From: Phoronis australis
Taxonomy: Eukaryota; Animalia; Phoronida
Reading direction: 5' to 3'
DNA length: 64,000 nt
Assembly: GCA_002633005.1 (NCBI GenBank)
Contig: NMRA01000478.1
Span: 253,594-317,593 of the forward strand
Both the position numbers and the translations under genes were made by a program. The notes under the pieces were generated by a model that was given only the letters and a program-made list of their open reading frames with translations, was not told the DNA's origin and did no database searches. Shown here piece after piece: positions 1 through 11,496 of the stretch. Each line of letters opens with the position of its first letter. The first letter of the stretch is position 1.

Positions 1-170
1 CCCCCCAAAAAAAAAACACTAAAACTGCACACATTTATATCTTGTTTCAGCCGTATGATTTTCATTACCGGGGTTAATTAATGAACTCACCATTCCCTAC
101 TCTCTTGCTGTTTTATTTTTTGCGGCAGTCAAGGGGGGCCTGCCCCCCAACCCCCTAAATCCGTCTATGT
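1..170. mobile_element. Truncated end of a CAG(T/G)GGCGGAT-type MITE-like element
   Basis: Ends ...ggggggcctgccccccaaccccctaaatccgtctatg, which resembles the reverse complement of the cagtggcggatttagg terminus of the element at 30159-30434. The left end lies outside the window. Confidence 0.4.
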
Positions 171-1480
171 AATATCAGGTCTGTAGCTCGGACTATGCGT
201 ACTTTGTCCATGGAACGCAATCCAGTAACAAGTGAACACTGATTGGAGAAATTTAATATGAACAGAACGGATCACGCAAGTAGTCAGTTTTGTAGCAAAA
301 AGCACCGACACGAGTTATCTTTTGGTTTGGTGAGCAGTGCTACCGAAGGTTGAATATGAATTTCAAAATTTAGGTTAAACTGTGGTCCATCAAGATTCAC
401 GTGGGTGCCTATTAATCATTGACTTTCATGGGTTACTAAACCATTGAAATCACCATTTTATAGCCCGAGGTAAAGTTTTTTTTTGTTACTCGCCAGTTCA
501 GTGACACGACACGTGCGCTGGGCTGGAGCGCATGATAATACTTTTAAACGTTATCCTCTGGGTAATTGGATTGTTGCTCAGTGTAATCCCTTGTTTATAA
601 ATTTCTCCCTTCTTAGTTTTTCGGCTCTACACCGCTAACTTACATCGTATAGTTTCGGCACTGCTTAGTTATTTTCTGTGCATGGAAACGTCTATATTTT
701 TCATAGACTCCCTTCTTCGAGTGTCTAAGGTTGTTGGTGAGGTCATGTTTCCGTCACATGTGTTGTCGAGATATGTTTACACATTTGGCGATCAGCCTAA
801 TAGATTCGAACTCATGTATAAGTAACTAGTTCTACTTTGCCCTAGTTTTGCAATGTTGGTATTCCTCATAGCTAACTTTCCGGGAGCTGGCGATAACTTT
901 TGAGAGAAAATATGCTGAAAATCAGAACGCTCAATACAACTACAGATCTAAATTTCAATTATAAACTTTGCTCTTTTGATGCTCTTTGATCCTTTACTCT
1001 TGCATTTAGTTAAATTTAACCGTGTTACAAGTGTAATTTTCTTGGTCACATGCTTATTTTCTTCCGTTAATTGTCACGTTTTCTAATGGTAAAGGCCATA
1101 ACTTTTTGGCCAGGTGACCTTTAATTTTCATTTTTAAGAAAAGTGGAATGAGGCAATTGCAGTTTTGACATTGCATTTGTATTTAACCTATTATTCACAA
1201 GCAATTCCTTTCCTGCACGTTGTTTAGTAATTGATTGTTACAGTCAAAAAGTAAATCCGTGTAATTGAGCCAACCCAGTTCTAGCTTAATGCCTGTATGC
1301 CTGGAATCCATACGCGATGTTTTGTTTAACTTTTCTCTGGATGATCCCACCTTTACAGTTATGTTTTTACATGTTGCATGTTCATTTTGCACCCCACATG
1401 ACGTACACGATCAAGACAGCATTTGTGAAAATGTTTTCGCAGCGCGTGCCGCTACAACATTTGCTTGCAATAGAGTTGTG

Positions 1481-1726
1481 CAGGGGCCCGTTCCAAGAAA
1501 CTGAATGAACTTCAATTTTGACTTAAGTCTAGGATTTGCCTTAACTTCTAAACTTTGAAATTTCCACACCCAGTAAATTAGTCGAACTTAAGACCAAAAC
1601 TTAAGTCCAAAACTTGACGCCAAACTTAAAACCACTTAAAACAAATTGGAGTTTTGTCTTTAAATTTCACTTAAATTTATAGATTTGTCTTAGCTAAGTC
1701 AGACGTTTTCTTGGAACGGGCCCCAG
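1481..1726. mobile_element. MITE-like element with ~20 bp TIRs
   Basis: Left caggggcccgttccaagaaa (1481-1500) pairs with right tttcttggaacgggccccag (1707-1726). The interior is non-coding with repeated acttaa motifs. Confidence 0.75.
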
Positions 1727-2465
1727 GTCTGTACAAATTTTCGACTCGATAATTCAAGAAGTAGAGATATGCAAAATGTGTGGGGCCTGTGTCTGGAGAT
1801 GACCCTGTAACAAACACGTATGTAGTCACGGAATACTACACCCAAGACGGTGCATTTTTATGTATGAAAATATAATGCCCGATTTTGTTGGTCTCTCTTG
1901 TTAAAATTTCTTAGGGGGTTTAACCCAAAGTTGTAAAACCTAAATGCGTGCCTAACGCTGGTGTTTTTAGGATAATGTGATTTCGGGTGACAATCGGCAC
2001 TCGTACCACAGGCGAATAAGTAGTGTTAACTGATAGCCAGAGGACGTAACCCTGTAGACACTCGGCCCGCAATTCGCATTGGAAATTGTCCGTGATAAGG
2101 GTTCCTGTCTGTGGTTGGGGTTTTGGTTCCGTGGTAAAATGTGTGCAATATAATCCGGGGTTTTCAGTTGTATAGTATGAGCGTCACCCCCTCTCCGGCA
2201 TATACAAAAATGTTTTGCAACACGAGTTTAACGGTGTATGCATGTACACGCTTGAATCGGGCAACTATCACGTAGAAATCAGTTTTAAAACAATCATGTG
2301 ACTTAGAAGCGCCCCTTGTTGGCGAAATAGTCAACCGTTATAACAAGCACATTCCAAATTGTGACAATTTGGGTCGGTCTGGCAATATGGACCTGCACTA
2401 ACCCGCTTAACAATGCGATGCTTTAGGTAGTAACTATGTGCTGTATACTTTTTCAGATAACCAAG

Positions 2466-5165
2466 ATGACGTCAAACGTCAGCGCATGCGCTCGGCTGAC
2501 ACTATGCTTCTTCACCATGTTGTGCATTATCCGTGGATATTCTAAAAGCGATCAATGGATGTATTACGAAACTTCCAACTGTACTGTTACATCTAAGAAA
2601 AACGAAACAATTCTCAACTGCAGCAACAGGGGTTTCTTCACTTTACCAAGGACATATCCTATAAATGTTACCGTCTTTTATATGCGGTCAAACTTCATCT
2701 CCTCTGTACCCGCAGGTGCCTTCTTAAAACTAAAACACTTGAAACATCTCGATCTTTCCGACAATGGAGCCTTTCTGTCTTTCCACCAAGACAGCCTTAT
2801 GGGGCTAAATTCTCTACAGAATTTGACCTTGAAAAATGTCACCGGGATTTCGTTCGGCTGTCAGCAGGGGTCGTCCAGGTTGTTTCGACACACCCCCTGT
2901 CTCCAGACCCTTCGAATGAAAAAAACACTACAATTTGATACCTCATGTATGAATTCGACGTTTCGGGATTTAACGAAGCTTCGCTATCTTTCGGTCACAT
3001 GGCCAACTTCGCCGCTTCCAAGTGGATTTTCACTTTTAAAGCAATTAGATGTTCTAGATTTGAGTGGATCGACATTTAAGCTTACTGAAAGTAATTTTCA
3101 CCCACTTTCATGTCTGAACATTTCGCGTCTAGCGTTACGACAACTTCATCTTCAGGAATTTAACAAACATGCGTTGAACCCTGTATTGCACAGTCTCAAA
3201 GTTTTGGATTTTACATGCAACAATGAGTTTGACAGCATTGGAGTGAAAACAAACTACTTCTCGCCAATACTGGAATGCCTTGAAAATTCTACACGCCTTG
3301 AAGTGCTAATCATTGACAAGTGTTACGATGATCATGACGCCATTAGCCTGACTGCAGAACAGTTTGTCCCACTTAAGCGAGTTCCTCTGAAGGCGTTGTC
3401 TTTGCGTCAAAACGCCATCACCATTATGTTCCCATTTCTTCGACATTTGAAACGTTTGGAATATATTAATCTGGATTATAACATGCCGATGATATTTAAG
3501 GATGGAGACACAATATTTAGAGATCTGGGAATGCGGAGACACTTGAAAGAGTTTCACTTTTCCCACCAGTACTTGTACTCGAGAGTGATAAATGTTTGTA
3601 ACGAAGACGAGAGCGAAATATTTATGCGCGACTTCAGCAATAAAGTAGCCGACAAATCAAGACAGGGAAAGTTAAACATAAATAAAATCACAGGCACTGA
3701 GTTACAAAAAAAAGATGAGCACGGTAGTGATCGCCTCTCGAAGTCTGAGCTCTCAGATGACGAAATGGTGTTGGAATTTTGGATACCTCTAGAGACGTTA
3801 TCTGTGGTCAAAATCGGTGCACCAATCACTCCAATTATAGTTGAAGGGAAGATAGTTCATGACATAAACGTATCAGATTTCGTCACAGACGGTGTAAGGG
3901 TGCAAATGAAAAACAACTTAAAGACGTTGAACATTTCGTCAAATTTCCTCTCGTACATTGACTTTGTTATATATGGTTTGGATTCTTTGACAACTTTCGA
4001 CATCAGCAACAACAATTTGGAATACGTGCCCGTCATGATGTTCAGGGCGATCGGGAAGCTCGAACACCTGTTTGCGTCAAGAAATAGAATTGGATTAGTG
4101 ACGAATTCTCAGGATTTAACGGCAACTTTCAGCAGCCTTCCAAACATACGGACGATTGACCTTTCCTTAAATCAGCTAAGCTTCATTCCTGAAGGCATGT
4201 TTTCGCTATGTCCTCACTTGGAACGTCTCAATGTGCAAAGAAACGGCATGAAGTCGGTGAATTTAAAATTCGCTAACCTACAGAGTCTAAAGTTTCTGGA
4301 CTTTAGCCACAATGAAATCAGCGGTTTTACAAAAGAACAAACAATCGATCTTCAGCACAGAACATTTGCTTTGCAAATGAACAACAACTCTGGCTTCGAA
4401 TGTTCTTGCAATAATGTTCCTTTTATAGAATGGATTCAACTTGAGAGCTCGAATGATACTGTGTTGAACAAAGAAAACATTACGTGTCTTTACAAGGACG
4501 GCAGGGAGGAAGCTGTGATTTCCGTTGACTTAGGTGGACTTTACTTTGAGTGTATTAAGGAAAGTATAATTATCATAGTATCTACGCTCATATCAGTCGT
4601 TCTTTGCTCTGCTTTAATCGCCTGGCGATTTCAATGGCACATCAGGTATTGGGTGTACATTCTGCGAATGAAACGACGGCGTGATGGTTTGCTGGACGTT
4701 TCGAAAAATTTTGACGCGTTCATCTCGTATGCAGACGTGGATTATGATCTTGCACTTTCCGTTCTTCATAAACTGGAAGAAATGGGACTGCTTGCGTTCT
4801 TTCGCGACAGAAATACTGATCTTGGAGCATGTGTTCTGGACGAGTGCTTCCGAGGTATTGAGTCTAGCAGGAAGAGCATTGTTTGTTTGACAGAAAGTTA
4901 TCTGGATTCGGATCAACGTTATTTCGAGTTGCGAATGAGTATGCTGCGAGGTAAAGGGTTTGTTATACCCGTAGTTGTTGGCGACGTAGCTTTGGAGAAA
5001 CTGTCGAAACCTCTCCGACACTTACTCAGCGATGGTGTTTACTTTGAATGGCCCACGCTCGAGTCAGAAGAAAAAGACTTCTGGAAGTCCATGCTTAAGG
5101 CCGTGTTGACACCGAAAGGAATATGCATTCGTAAAAATGGTGGGTATATTTTTTCACAAAGATAA
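2466..5165 (+). CDS. Toll-like receptor, single-cysteine-cluster type (signal peptide, LRRNT, LRRs, LRRCT, TM, TIR), intronless CDS, ~899 aa
   Basis: LRR motifs (LKHLDLSDN, LDVLDLSGS, LTTFDISNNNL, IRTIDLSLNQL, LKFLDFSHNEI), LRRCT (FECSCNNVPFIEW...ITC...EC), TM (IIIIVSTLISVVLCSALIAW), TIR box1 (FDAFISY) and box3 (YFEWP). A ttttcag acceptor at 2450-2456 lies just before ATG 2466, so Met 2466 (after a 5'UTR intron) is preferred over ORF start 2436. No orthology to numbered vertebrate TLRs is claimed. Confidence 0.95.
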   Translation: MTSNVSACARLTLCFFTMLCIIRGYSKSDQWMYYETSNCTVTSKKNETILNCSNRGFFTLPRTYPINVTVFYMRSNFISSVPAGAFLKLKHLKHLDLSDNGAFLSFHQDSLMGLNSLQNLTLKNVTGISFGCQQGSSRLFRHTPCLQTLRMKKTLQFDTSCMNSTFRDLTKLRYLSVTWPTSPLPSGFSLLKQLDVLDLSGSTFKLTESNFHPLSCLNISRLALRQLHLQEFNKHALNPVLHSLKVLDFTCNNEFDSIGVKTNYFSPILECLENSTRLEVLIIDKCYDDHDAISLTAEQFVPLKRVPLKALSLRQNAITIMFPFLRHLKRLEYINLDYNMPMIFKDGDTIFRDLGMRRHLKEFHFSHQYLYSRVINVCNEDESEIFMRDFSNKVADKSRQGKLNINKITGTELQKKDEHGSDRLSKSELSDDEMVLEFWIPLETLSVVKIGAPITPIIVEGKIVHDINVSDFVTDGVRVQMKNNLKTLNISSNFLSYIDFVIYGLDSLTTFDISNNNLEYVPVMMFRAIGKLEHLFASRNRIGLVTNSQDLTATFSSLPNIRTIDLSLNQLSFIPEGMFSLCPHLERLNVQRNGMKSVNLKFANLQSLKFLDFSHNEISGFTKEQTIDLQHRTFALQMNNNSGFECSCNNVPFIEWIQLESSNDTVLNKENITCLYKDGREEAVISVDLGGLYFECIKESIIIIVSTLISVVLCSALIAWRFQWHIRYWVYILRMKRRRDGLLDVSKNFDAFISYADVDYDLALSVLHKLEEMGLLAFFRDRNTDLGACVLDECFRGIESSRKSIVCLTESYLDSDQRYFELRMSMLRGKGFVIPVVVGDVALEKLSKPLRHLLSDGVYFEWPTLESEEKDFWKSMLKAVLTPKGICIRKNGGYIFSQR

Positions 5166-5679
5166 ATTATTCAAATTCTTAATGATAATACCTATCGTTG
5201 AAATGCCCTTTTAGTGCGCCTGTATATGTATACATATGTATATGTATATATATGCATTGTGCCGTCAATCCTGTTCCTCCGTCTCATTGCTTGACCGTCT
5301 GTTCGCCAAGGATGCGCCTGGCGCCCGCTGATGGATCACCAAAACATCTGAATGGATGTTTTTGAAATATTGCAGACATGTCTCTTTTTCTGGATTGGAC
5401 AGTATTTGCGAATTTTCCGTCGGATCCGAGTACCGGTGTGCCCCTTAGTGGTTTTTTTTTGCGTTGGCCTCTCACTCTTCAGAGCTGTAACGGATTTTCA
5501 TGAAATTTGACAAATAGGTGTCTTATTAGGTTGACGACGCCACTTTCCTGTTTTCGGATAGATTCGACTTAATTTGCTCCAATTTCTGATTATTTTTACT
5601 GTTTTGTAGTCTGTTTGAGTGCGAATGTTTGTAGGCGAACCAACTATGAGGATGATTGTGAATAACTGTCATATATGCT

Positions 5680-8624
5680 CTCACAATTTCGTAAAATGTA
5701 ACAGTTGTTACATTTTACGTCATTGTTACATTTTACGTTGCTTAGTCTCTCCTACAACTTGTTACATTTTACGTAGTTGTAACATTTCATGTCGAGCGCA
5801 CATGCGAGAAATGTACCATTGTTACAAAGAAATTGACCAAAATCACGAACAAGTGGTATCTGACACGGCCGGGGGGTATTGGAGTATTTTTAAACGAGGA
5901 GTGGCGCCCGAAAAATTTGAATACCTACCCATTTAGAGAGTGGGCTCGTACAAAAAGTGACCCATTTAGAGATGTATTTGTGTAAAACCTCACATTTTCG
6001 ATCATTTTTGTTCCAGAAATTCAAAAAAGTCACCTTTTAGATATAGTTTTGTCGAAAATGACACAATTTTGGAGAGTTTTTTCCTGTTAAAAACACCCTT
6101 TTGGTCGGCACTTTTCCTATACACCTTCTATAGGAATGCCCTACGGGCTGACACGACATAAGTATGGCTACCTATTCTCATTTTTATTAGTATTACATTA
6201 CTATCACTAATGTTACTACTATTAATACTACTACTACTGTCACTACTATTACTCGTTATCGTTTTTGTTATCCTTATTATTGTTATTATTAATATTTTTA
6301 AATTTTTTAACGAAGACACCATACATATTAAAGGCACTATTTCCGCTTCATTTTTGTTAAAAACTTCATGAAACGGATCTTTACGCAAACACTTTTATTC
6401 GAAACCTAAGCCCAAATAATAGCCTTTGCCATGGCATCGAATTTTTTTATAGTGAACTGAATTTAATACAGATTTTTTTAGCTTAATTTTTTCATTTTGT
6501 GTGGTGCACCAAGAAATAAATGGATGCCGGACGAAGTGTCAATCGAAGATTCGAGTGTCGAATATGAACTTGGAGTTNCTCAATTTGTGATCTAAGCAGG
6601 CGAAAGTAAAGGAAATAGTGACTTTAAGCAAAGTGCTAATATATCATGGACCTCAAAGATTTTAAAATCATCTCATTTATTGTTCTATGTTGTCATCGGG
6701 CTTTCTATAGTGGACAGCGAGTGCTGTTCCAAAATTAAAGGGGTTCCTAAGTTCAGCTTTAACGATATTGTGAGGAATGTCTTGACATCTGTGGGTGCAG
6801 TGTACGCCTACTTCTTGGAAACGAGGAGGTTGATATTTAAAATCTTGTTTAGACGAGCACCAAATTCAAAAATTGATTATTTGTGAATCATCGGCAAGCA
6901 CTGTATTATTTGTAAATATAACTATGTCCATCTGTAGTTTGCCACGAGGAACTGAATTCAGACCGCAACATTGTCTCTTGTTAAAAACGTCCCTTGCCAA
7001 AAAACTGGGGATCGTTCCACGATGATGTGTAAGTTCAAAATTGCGTTACGTTGAACTCTGGAGGCAGACATTTTTCAAGAACTAACGACTAGTCAGCTGC
7101 GGTCACCGGGTCATAAGAATAGCGGGTAACGGACATAAAAGACACGCAATTTTATGAGGAATGGGTCCGAATATTCTTAGAAAAACACAGTGATTTTAAC
7201 AGAATGATTTTAACTAGGTTTCATTGAAAGTTGATTGTATGGAACACAAACCGCCAACTTCGAAGTCAGGGATGTTTAATATGAGCATTTAATGAAATGC
7301 ATCAAAAAATAAAAATGCAATGCATCAAAAGGATTAATATACCAAATTCCCTTATCTGCGAGCTGCAACACAAAAATGGCGCCTCATGAGACACGTGGCT
7401 TCATGTCCATTAATGATAGAATGTCCAATCTTTATCCTTATTTATATGTACTTCGAACTAACAACCATTGGCTAATTATCTTAAAAGGTAATAGAAAGAT
7501 AAATTGCATGTTTTCCTAGTCCGAAAGCCCGACAAACCTTTTTTTTGGGCCATTGCCCCTTTAAACTATAGATCTAGACCAGGTTTGAGCAAAATGACCA
7601 TGTCCCTTCAAAGTGCTAGGCATCCCATTTTTACGTATACACGTCACGGTTTGACATGTTGTTGCCACCACTATTCCAAACAAGCTTAACATCATAGGAA
7701 CAATGATATTTCTTTCGTTAATATGCCGCCACTTTTCTGAACTAATGGCTCGCTCTTCTTAAAGGCAATATTATGCTGTTGCTTGGGCAAAATATGTCAA
7801 CCTGCCGGCAAATAAATGCGTGCTTTTATTTCCTTCCACCACAGTCTTTAAGAAATTGTCATCCGTAACTAAGGGGGTAGACAGTACCTGTCGGCATCAG
7901 AAACTTTGGTTTTGCTCATTTTGTGTGAAGCAGGGCAATTACTGCATTAGCGATGACTCCAAGGCAACAAAACACTGGCCGAAACAAACCAAACTATCGT
8001 AGACTAAAAGTGGTGTTTTTTCTATCAAATTGGCTTCCGAAATTGAATTCTCCATGAAAAATTTTGTTGTCGTTCGTTCCTGAAGAAATATTAAACGATA
8101 AATATTAGCCAAATACCATGTCATTGTTGTTCTTACAAAGGGAAGTGTGTTTACTGTAATGTCGGATAACAAAAAGAATGCAAGAACGCTTTAACGATAA
8201 AAAATGTTACCTGATCCTGAAAACTCCTTTCGTGTGGAGTTGAAACTGTATGCTGTACATTTTTATTGTAATACCATTAAACTACTCATGTTCAAAAAAA
8301 TGGAAAGTACATCGGGACACATCTACAAAGTCGACCTGGCACATTTGATAGAATTTCATTCACACAATCCGAGAAAGAAAGCTTTAAGAGTGTGAACGGT
8401 TTTCCACCGTGTGACAAATACCTTGCAAACTCATGAAATATGACGTCGCTTTCGTAAAATCTAACAATGGTACATTTTTCGCATGTGCATTCGACGTAAA
8501 TTATAACAATTACATAAAATGTAACAACTTGTTAGATTTTAGGAGAGGCCTATCAACGTAAAATGTAACAATGACATAAAATGTAACACTTGTTTCATTT
8601 TACGAAATTGTTACATTTTACGGC
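5680..8624. mobile_element. ~150 bp inverted repeats built of ttgttacattttacg units (5680-5828 and 8460-8624), possibly the TIRs of a ~2.9 kb non-autonomous DNA transposon
   Basis: The reverse complement of 8460-8624 aligns by eye to 5680-5828, e.g. gcacatgcga(g/a)aaatgtaccattgtta. No transposase ORF is seen inside. Confidence 0.6.
6180..6295. repeat. Degenerate (TAC/TAT)n microsatellite
   Basis: Direct reading: tattacattactatcactaatgttactactattaatactactactact... Confidence 0.8.
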
Positions 8625-9966
8625 GTATTGTGAAGAACATTACTACTGTGGCGTCTCCTAGTGACAATTCGTTTTTGTGTGTTTGTGACTCCTGAGTTAT
8701 CTGCAGAATCCATGTTAGATTTGGCGGGTTTATTTCTATAAAGATGACAACAGTTGGCAACGACTTTCGGATGGATCTAATTTCCGCTGTGCCCCTTATA
8801 GGCAACTACATTTTGCCGGCTATTCTCTGGGATTTTCGCAAAATGTGCTAATTAAGTTAATATTAAATAGGCGATGACACCTTCCGGTTTTCAGATGGAC
8901 TAGGCGTAGTCTGCGCTACCTAATGGCCATTTTTATAACCTACGAGAATGTTTTTGGCGTTAGCCTCACTATCGTCCAGACCACTCTAAGAAATCGATGT
9001 ATGTGTTCCTACTAGGAAGTACATCACTTACAATGACTTTAGTACAACTTCGAATACTGTGAGTCTTCCTTGTGGCAATTTTAGCATCCGCAGCTGTTTC
9101 TCCTTGTCCCCTCGTGCAGGATCGGTGTGAACTTTGGGAAGTGTATTTCTGTACACGTGACAACGGAGGACGACAACTTTCGGACGTAGCTGACTACGAA
9201 GCAATTTTCTTTTTTATGTTTTTTGTCTGTTTCTACAGAGTTCTTGAATGGATTTTCATGAAATTTGTAACATACTGTATGTCTTGATTAAGAGGTGATA
9301 ACACGTTCTCCTTATCGCACCGGCGCCACCTACAGGCAACTTAAATTGTTTTTGGCGTCCGGATCTATGAACCAAACCACATTAAGGATCATTACATGAG
9401 GATGTGTTTCTTCCGATAAGTGCATGGCTGACGATGATTTGCTGACAGGTCTGACTGCTGTGTTGGCCGATAGTATTTTATTTTGTTTTTTGCCTGTGAC
9501 TCTATATCCACCCAGTACCTTGATGGAGCCTCATCAAATTTTAGCGGGCGAAGAATTTGAGTCAAATACGACTAGTGCAAAGAACCTAGTCAAGTTTGTT
9601 CTCCCTCTCGTAAAAGTTCTTTTTAAGACAAATCATGATGAAAGATGAATGACAGGTTTGTTTCTGAATTGCTGACTTTCTCCCCACCCCCCGAGACTAT
9701 TCACCTTTTTGAATTGCTCCCTCTAGTGGATTTCATTGTTTGTGCGCTGTATGTAATGCACGTGATGGGCTCGTGTCAAATGTCCGCCTTGCCCTTGTAG
9801 ATGTTATGTGAGTGAAATTTCACGGGAATATTTTTGTCTAGCTACACCTCTCTTTGTCACGTAATGTCCTAAGTTTGCTGCCTTCTAGAAGTACCGATAT
9901 GACCATTTGGTCGAGAGAACTGATAACAATAGCTAAAAGATGTGAAACTTAGGGACCGATTGACAG

Positions 9967-10092
9967 CACTTGATTGACTTCGCTTTTACCCCGTGCCAAC
10001 CGGCTGAGCAAATTTGATTGGTTTTCCAGCTTACGGACCAATCCAATGTCTTGACCGGTTGCCCCGGCGGAACCGGCGAAGTCAATCAAGTG
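9967..10092. mobile_element. 126 bp hairpin/MITE-like element
   Basis: Perfect 17 bp terminal inverted repeat cacttgattgacttcgc / gcgaagtcaatcaagtg, with further internal pairing (caaccgg/ccggttg, gattggt/accaatc). Confidence 0.75.
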
Positions 10093-10820
10093 GCTCAAAA
10101 CATCAATTTGGTTTGAATTACCTCGTATGTATCCGGCAAGCGTTCGCCAGTAAATTGTATAATGACAAGTGACTCATATTTCTTCCAGGTGCCGTTATAT
10201 ACTATGCCGACTGAACGTAATCAGAGCCGACGGAATGTCTTCGCCTTGAGATGTGTCAACGGCAAGCATCTGATGCAGGACCACGAATGTGACGTCTCTG
10301 GCTCTTCACAAGCGGTATTGAAAGTGAAGTTGTCACCCTGCTATAGTCGTCGCTCAAAGGGTACAACCCGGCCATTTTGTCAGCAAAGTTGGATCAGCGA
10401 ACTTGAGTTTGCAAACCAGACATCTGGCTGCCGTTATTGTCAAAAGCAACTTCTTGTTTTGGCCATGAATTATTCAAAACATGAACCATGGTCAAGTTTG
10501 TTTGAACTACCTGTACTGCGTACCTTTACGGTAGCAATGAAAAAAATAATGATGAAATTTTATTCATTTTTAATGTAAAAGAATTCCACGAAGGTCAACA
10601 ATTACCTTAAATACGTGATTTCATAAATCAAGGTTTGCTTACATACGAAGGGTCCCATGAGTTCCAGTTGTTTTGATCTCAGTAGCACCAGCTTCATATG
10701 GCGTGTAAATAACGGGAACGAGATTCAGTCAAGCATATAAAATTAATTGCTTAGTTGCTTGTACTTTGCCACGCTACTAGAACGTTAAGGTTTTGTAGGG
10801 CCTTAATTAACGACATCAAG

Positions 10821-11270
10821 TAACAAAATTTACGACTCCTATTTTCTTGTCTTTATTTTTTCACGAGATATGCATTTTTTGTATTTTCTTTCGACTTTGA
10901 GCAAAGATTTTAAAAATATTGTTCCTCTAATCATATTAGTCGTCAACAGGTTGATTACGGCATTTTCGAGGGAACAGTGTCTCAGATTTTTTAAATAAGT
11001 CATAATTTTTCGGAAGGAAGCCTTCCAAAATCAAGAGTTCCGGCGATTTTCTCAAAATGCTCTAAAAAAGTCGGTAATTAAAAAACTAAGGCTTGTTTAA
11101 AAAATTTGAGACACGGTTCCCACGAAAATGCCGTTATCAACATGTTGGCAAAAGACCAGAATGATTAGAGGAAAAATATTTTTAAAATCTCTGTTCAAAT
11201 TAAAAAATACTAAAAAACGCATATCTCGTGAAAAATATAGACAACTAAATAAGAATTATAAATTTTGTTA
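10821..11270. mobile_element. ~450 bp foldback (long imperfect palindrome) element
   Basis: Arms pair over ~180 bp: taacaaaattta/taaattttgtta, tttttcacgagatatgc/gcatatctcgtgaaaaa, cctctaatcat/atgattagagg, cggcattttcg/cgaaaatgccg, gtgtctca/tgagacac. Confidence 0.85.
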
Positions 11271-11352
11271 GGAATTTTATTCACCTTTCAAAAATATGCA
11301 TTTTGTATGGGTTAGAAATAACGGAATTTAATGCGCACAAGTACATGTCAAC

Positions 11353-11496
11353 CTGGGCTGGGTTGCATAAAACTTCAAAATTATCCGCTGGAAAAGTTCG
11401 ATTGTTGCCTGACGTTAGGTGTATTGCTCAACAATAACGTGACGTGTGATAAGGCGACGTCATTGTTACAATACGGCTTTATGCAACTGGGCCCTG
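11353..11496. mobile_element. MITE-like element with C(A/T)GGGCxxGGTTGCAT-type TIRs
   Basis: ctgggctgggttgcataaa ... tttatgcaactgggccctg. Confidence 0.65.

Larger units (their letters stand above)
5209..9560 (-). mobile_element. Reverse-oriented copy of the Helentron/HINE-like repeat family (as 14150-16281), interrupted at ~5680-8624
   Basis: 5209-5265 reverse-complements to gacggcacaatgcat...caggcgcactaaaa, like the 3' end at 16235-16281. Subunit motifs appear reversed at ~5438 (tgtgccccttagtgg), 8646 (ctgtggcgtctcctagtgac), 8787, 8911 and 9322. Boundaries are approximate. Confidence 0.55.

Noticed and set aside
2080-2170. NF-kB sites upstream of the TLR
   Set aside because: Only partial matches, and the true promoter lies upstream of an unlocated non-coding exon.
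2436-2465. Upstream ATG giving an MCCILFQITK extension of the TLR
   Set aside because: It overlaps a pyrimidine tract and acceptor (ttttcag, 2450-2456) and is probably intronic. Met 2466 leads straight into a signal peptide.
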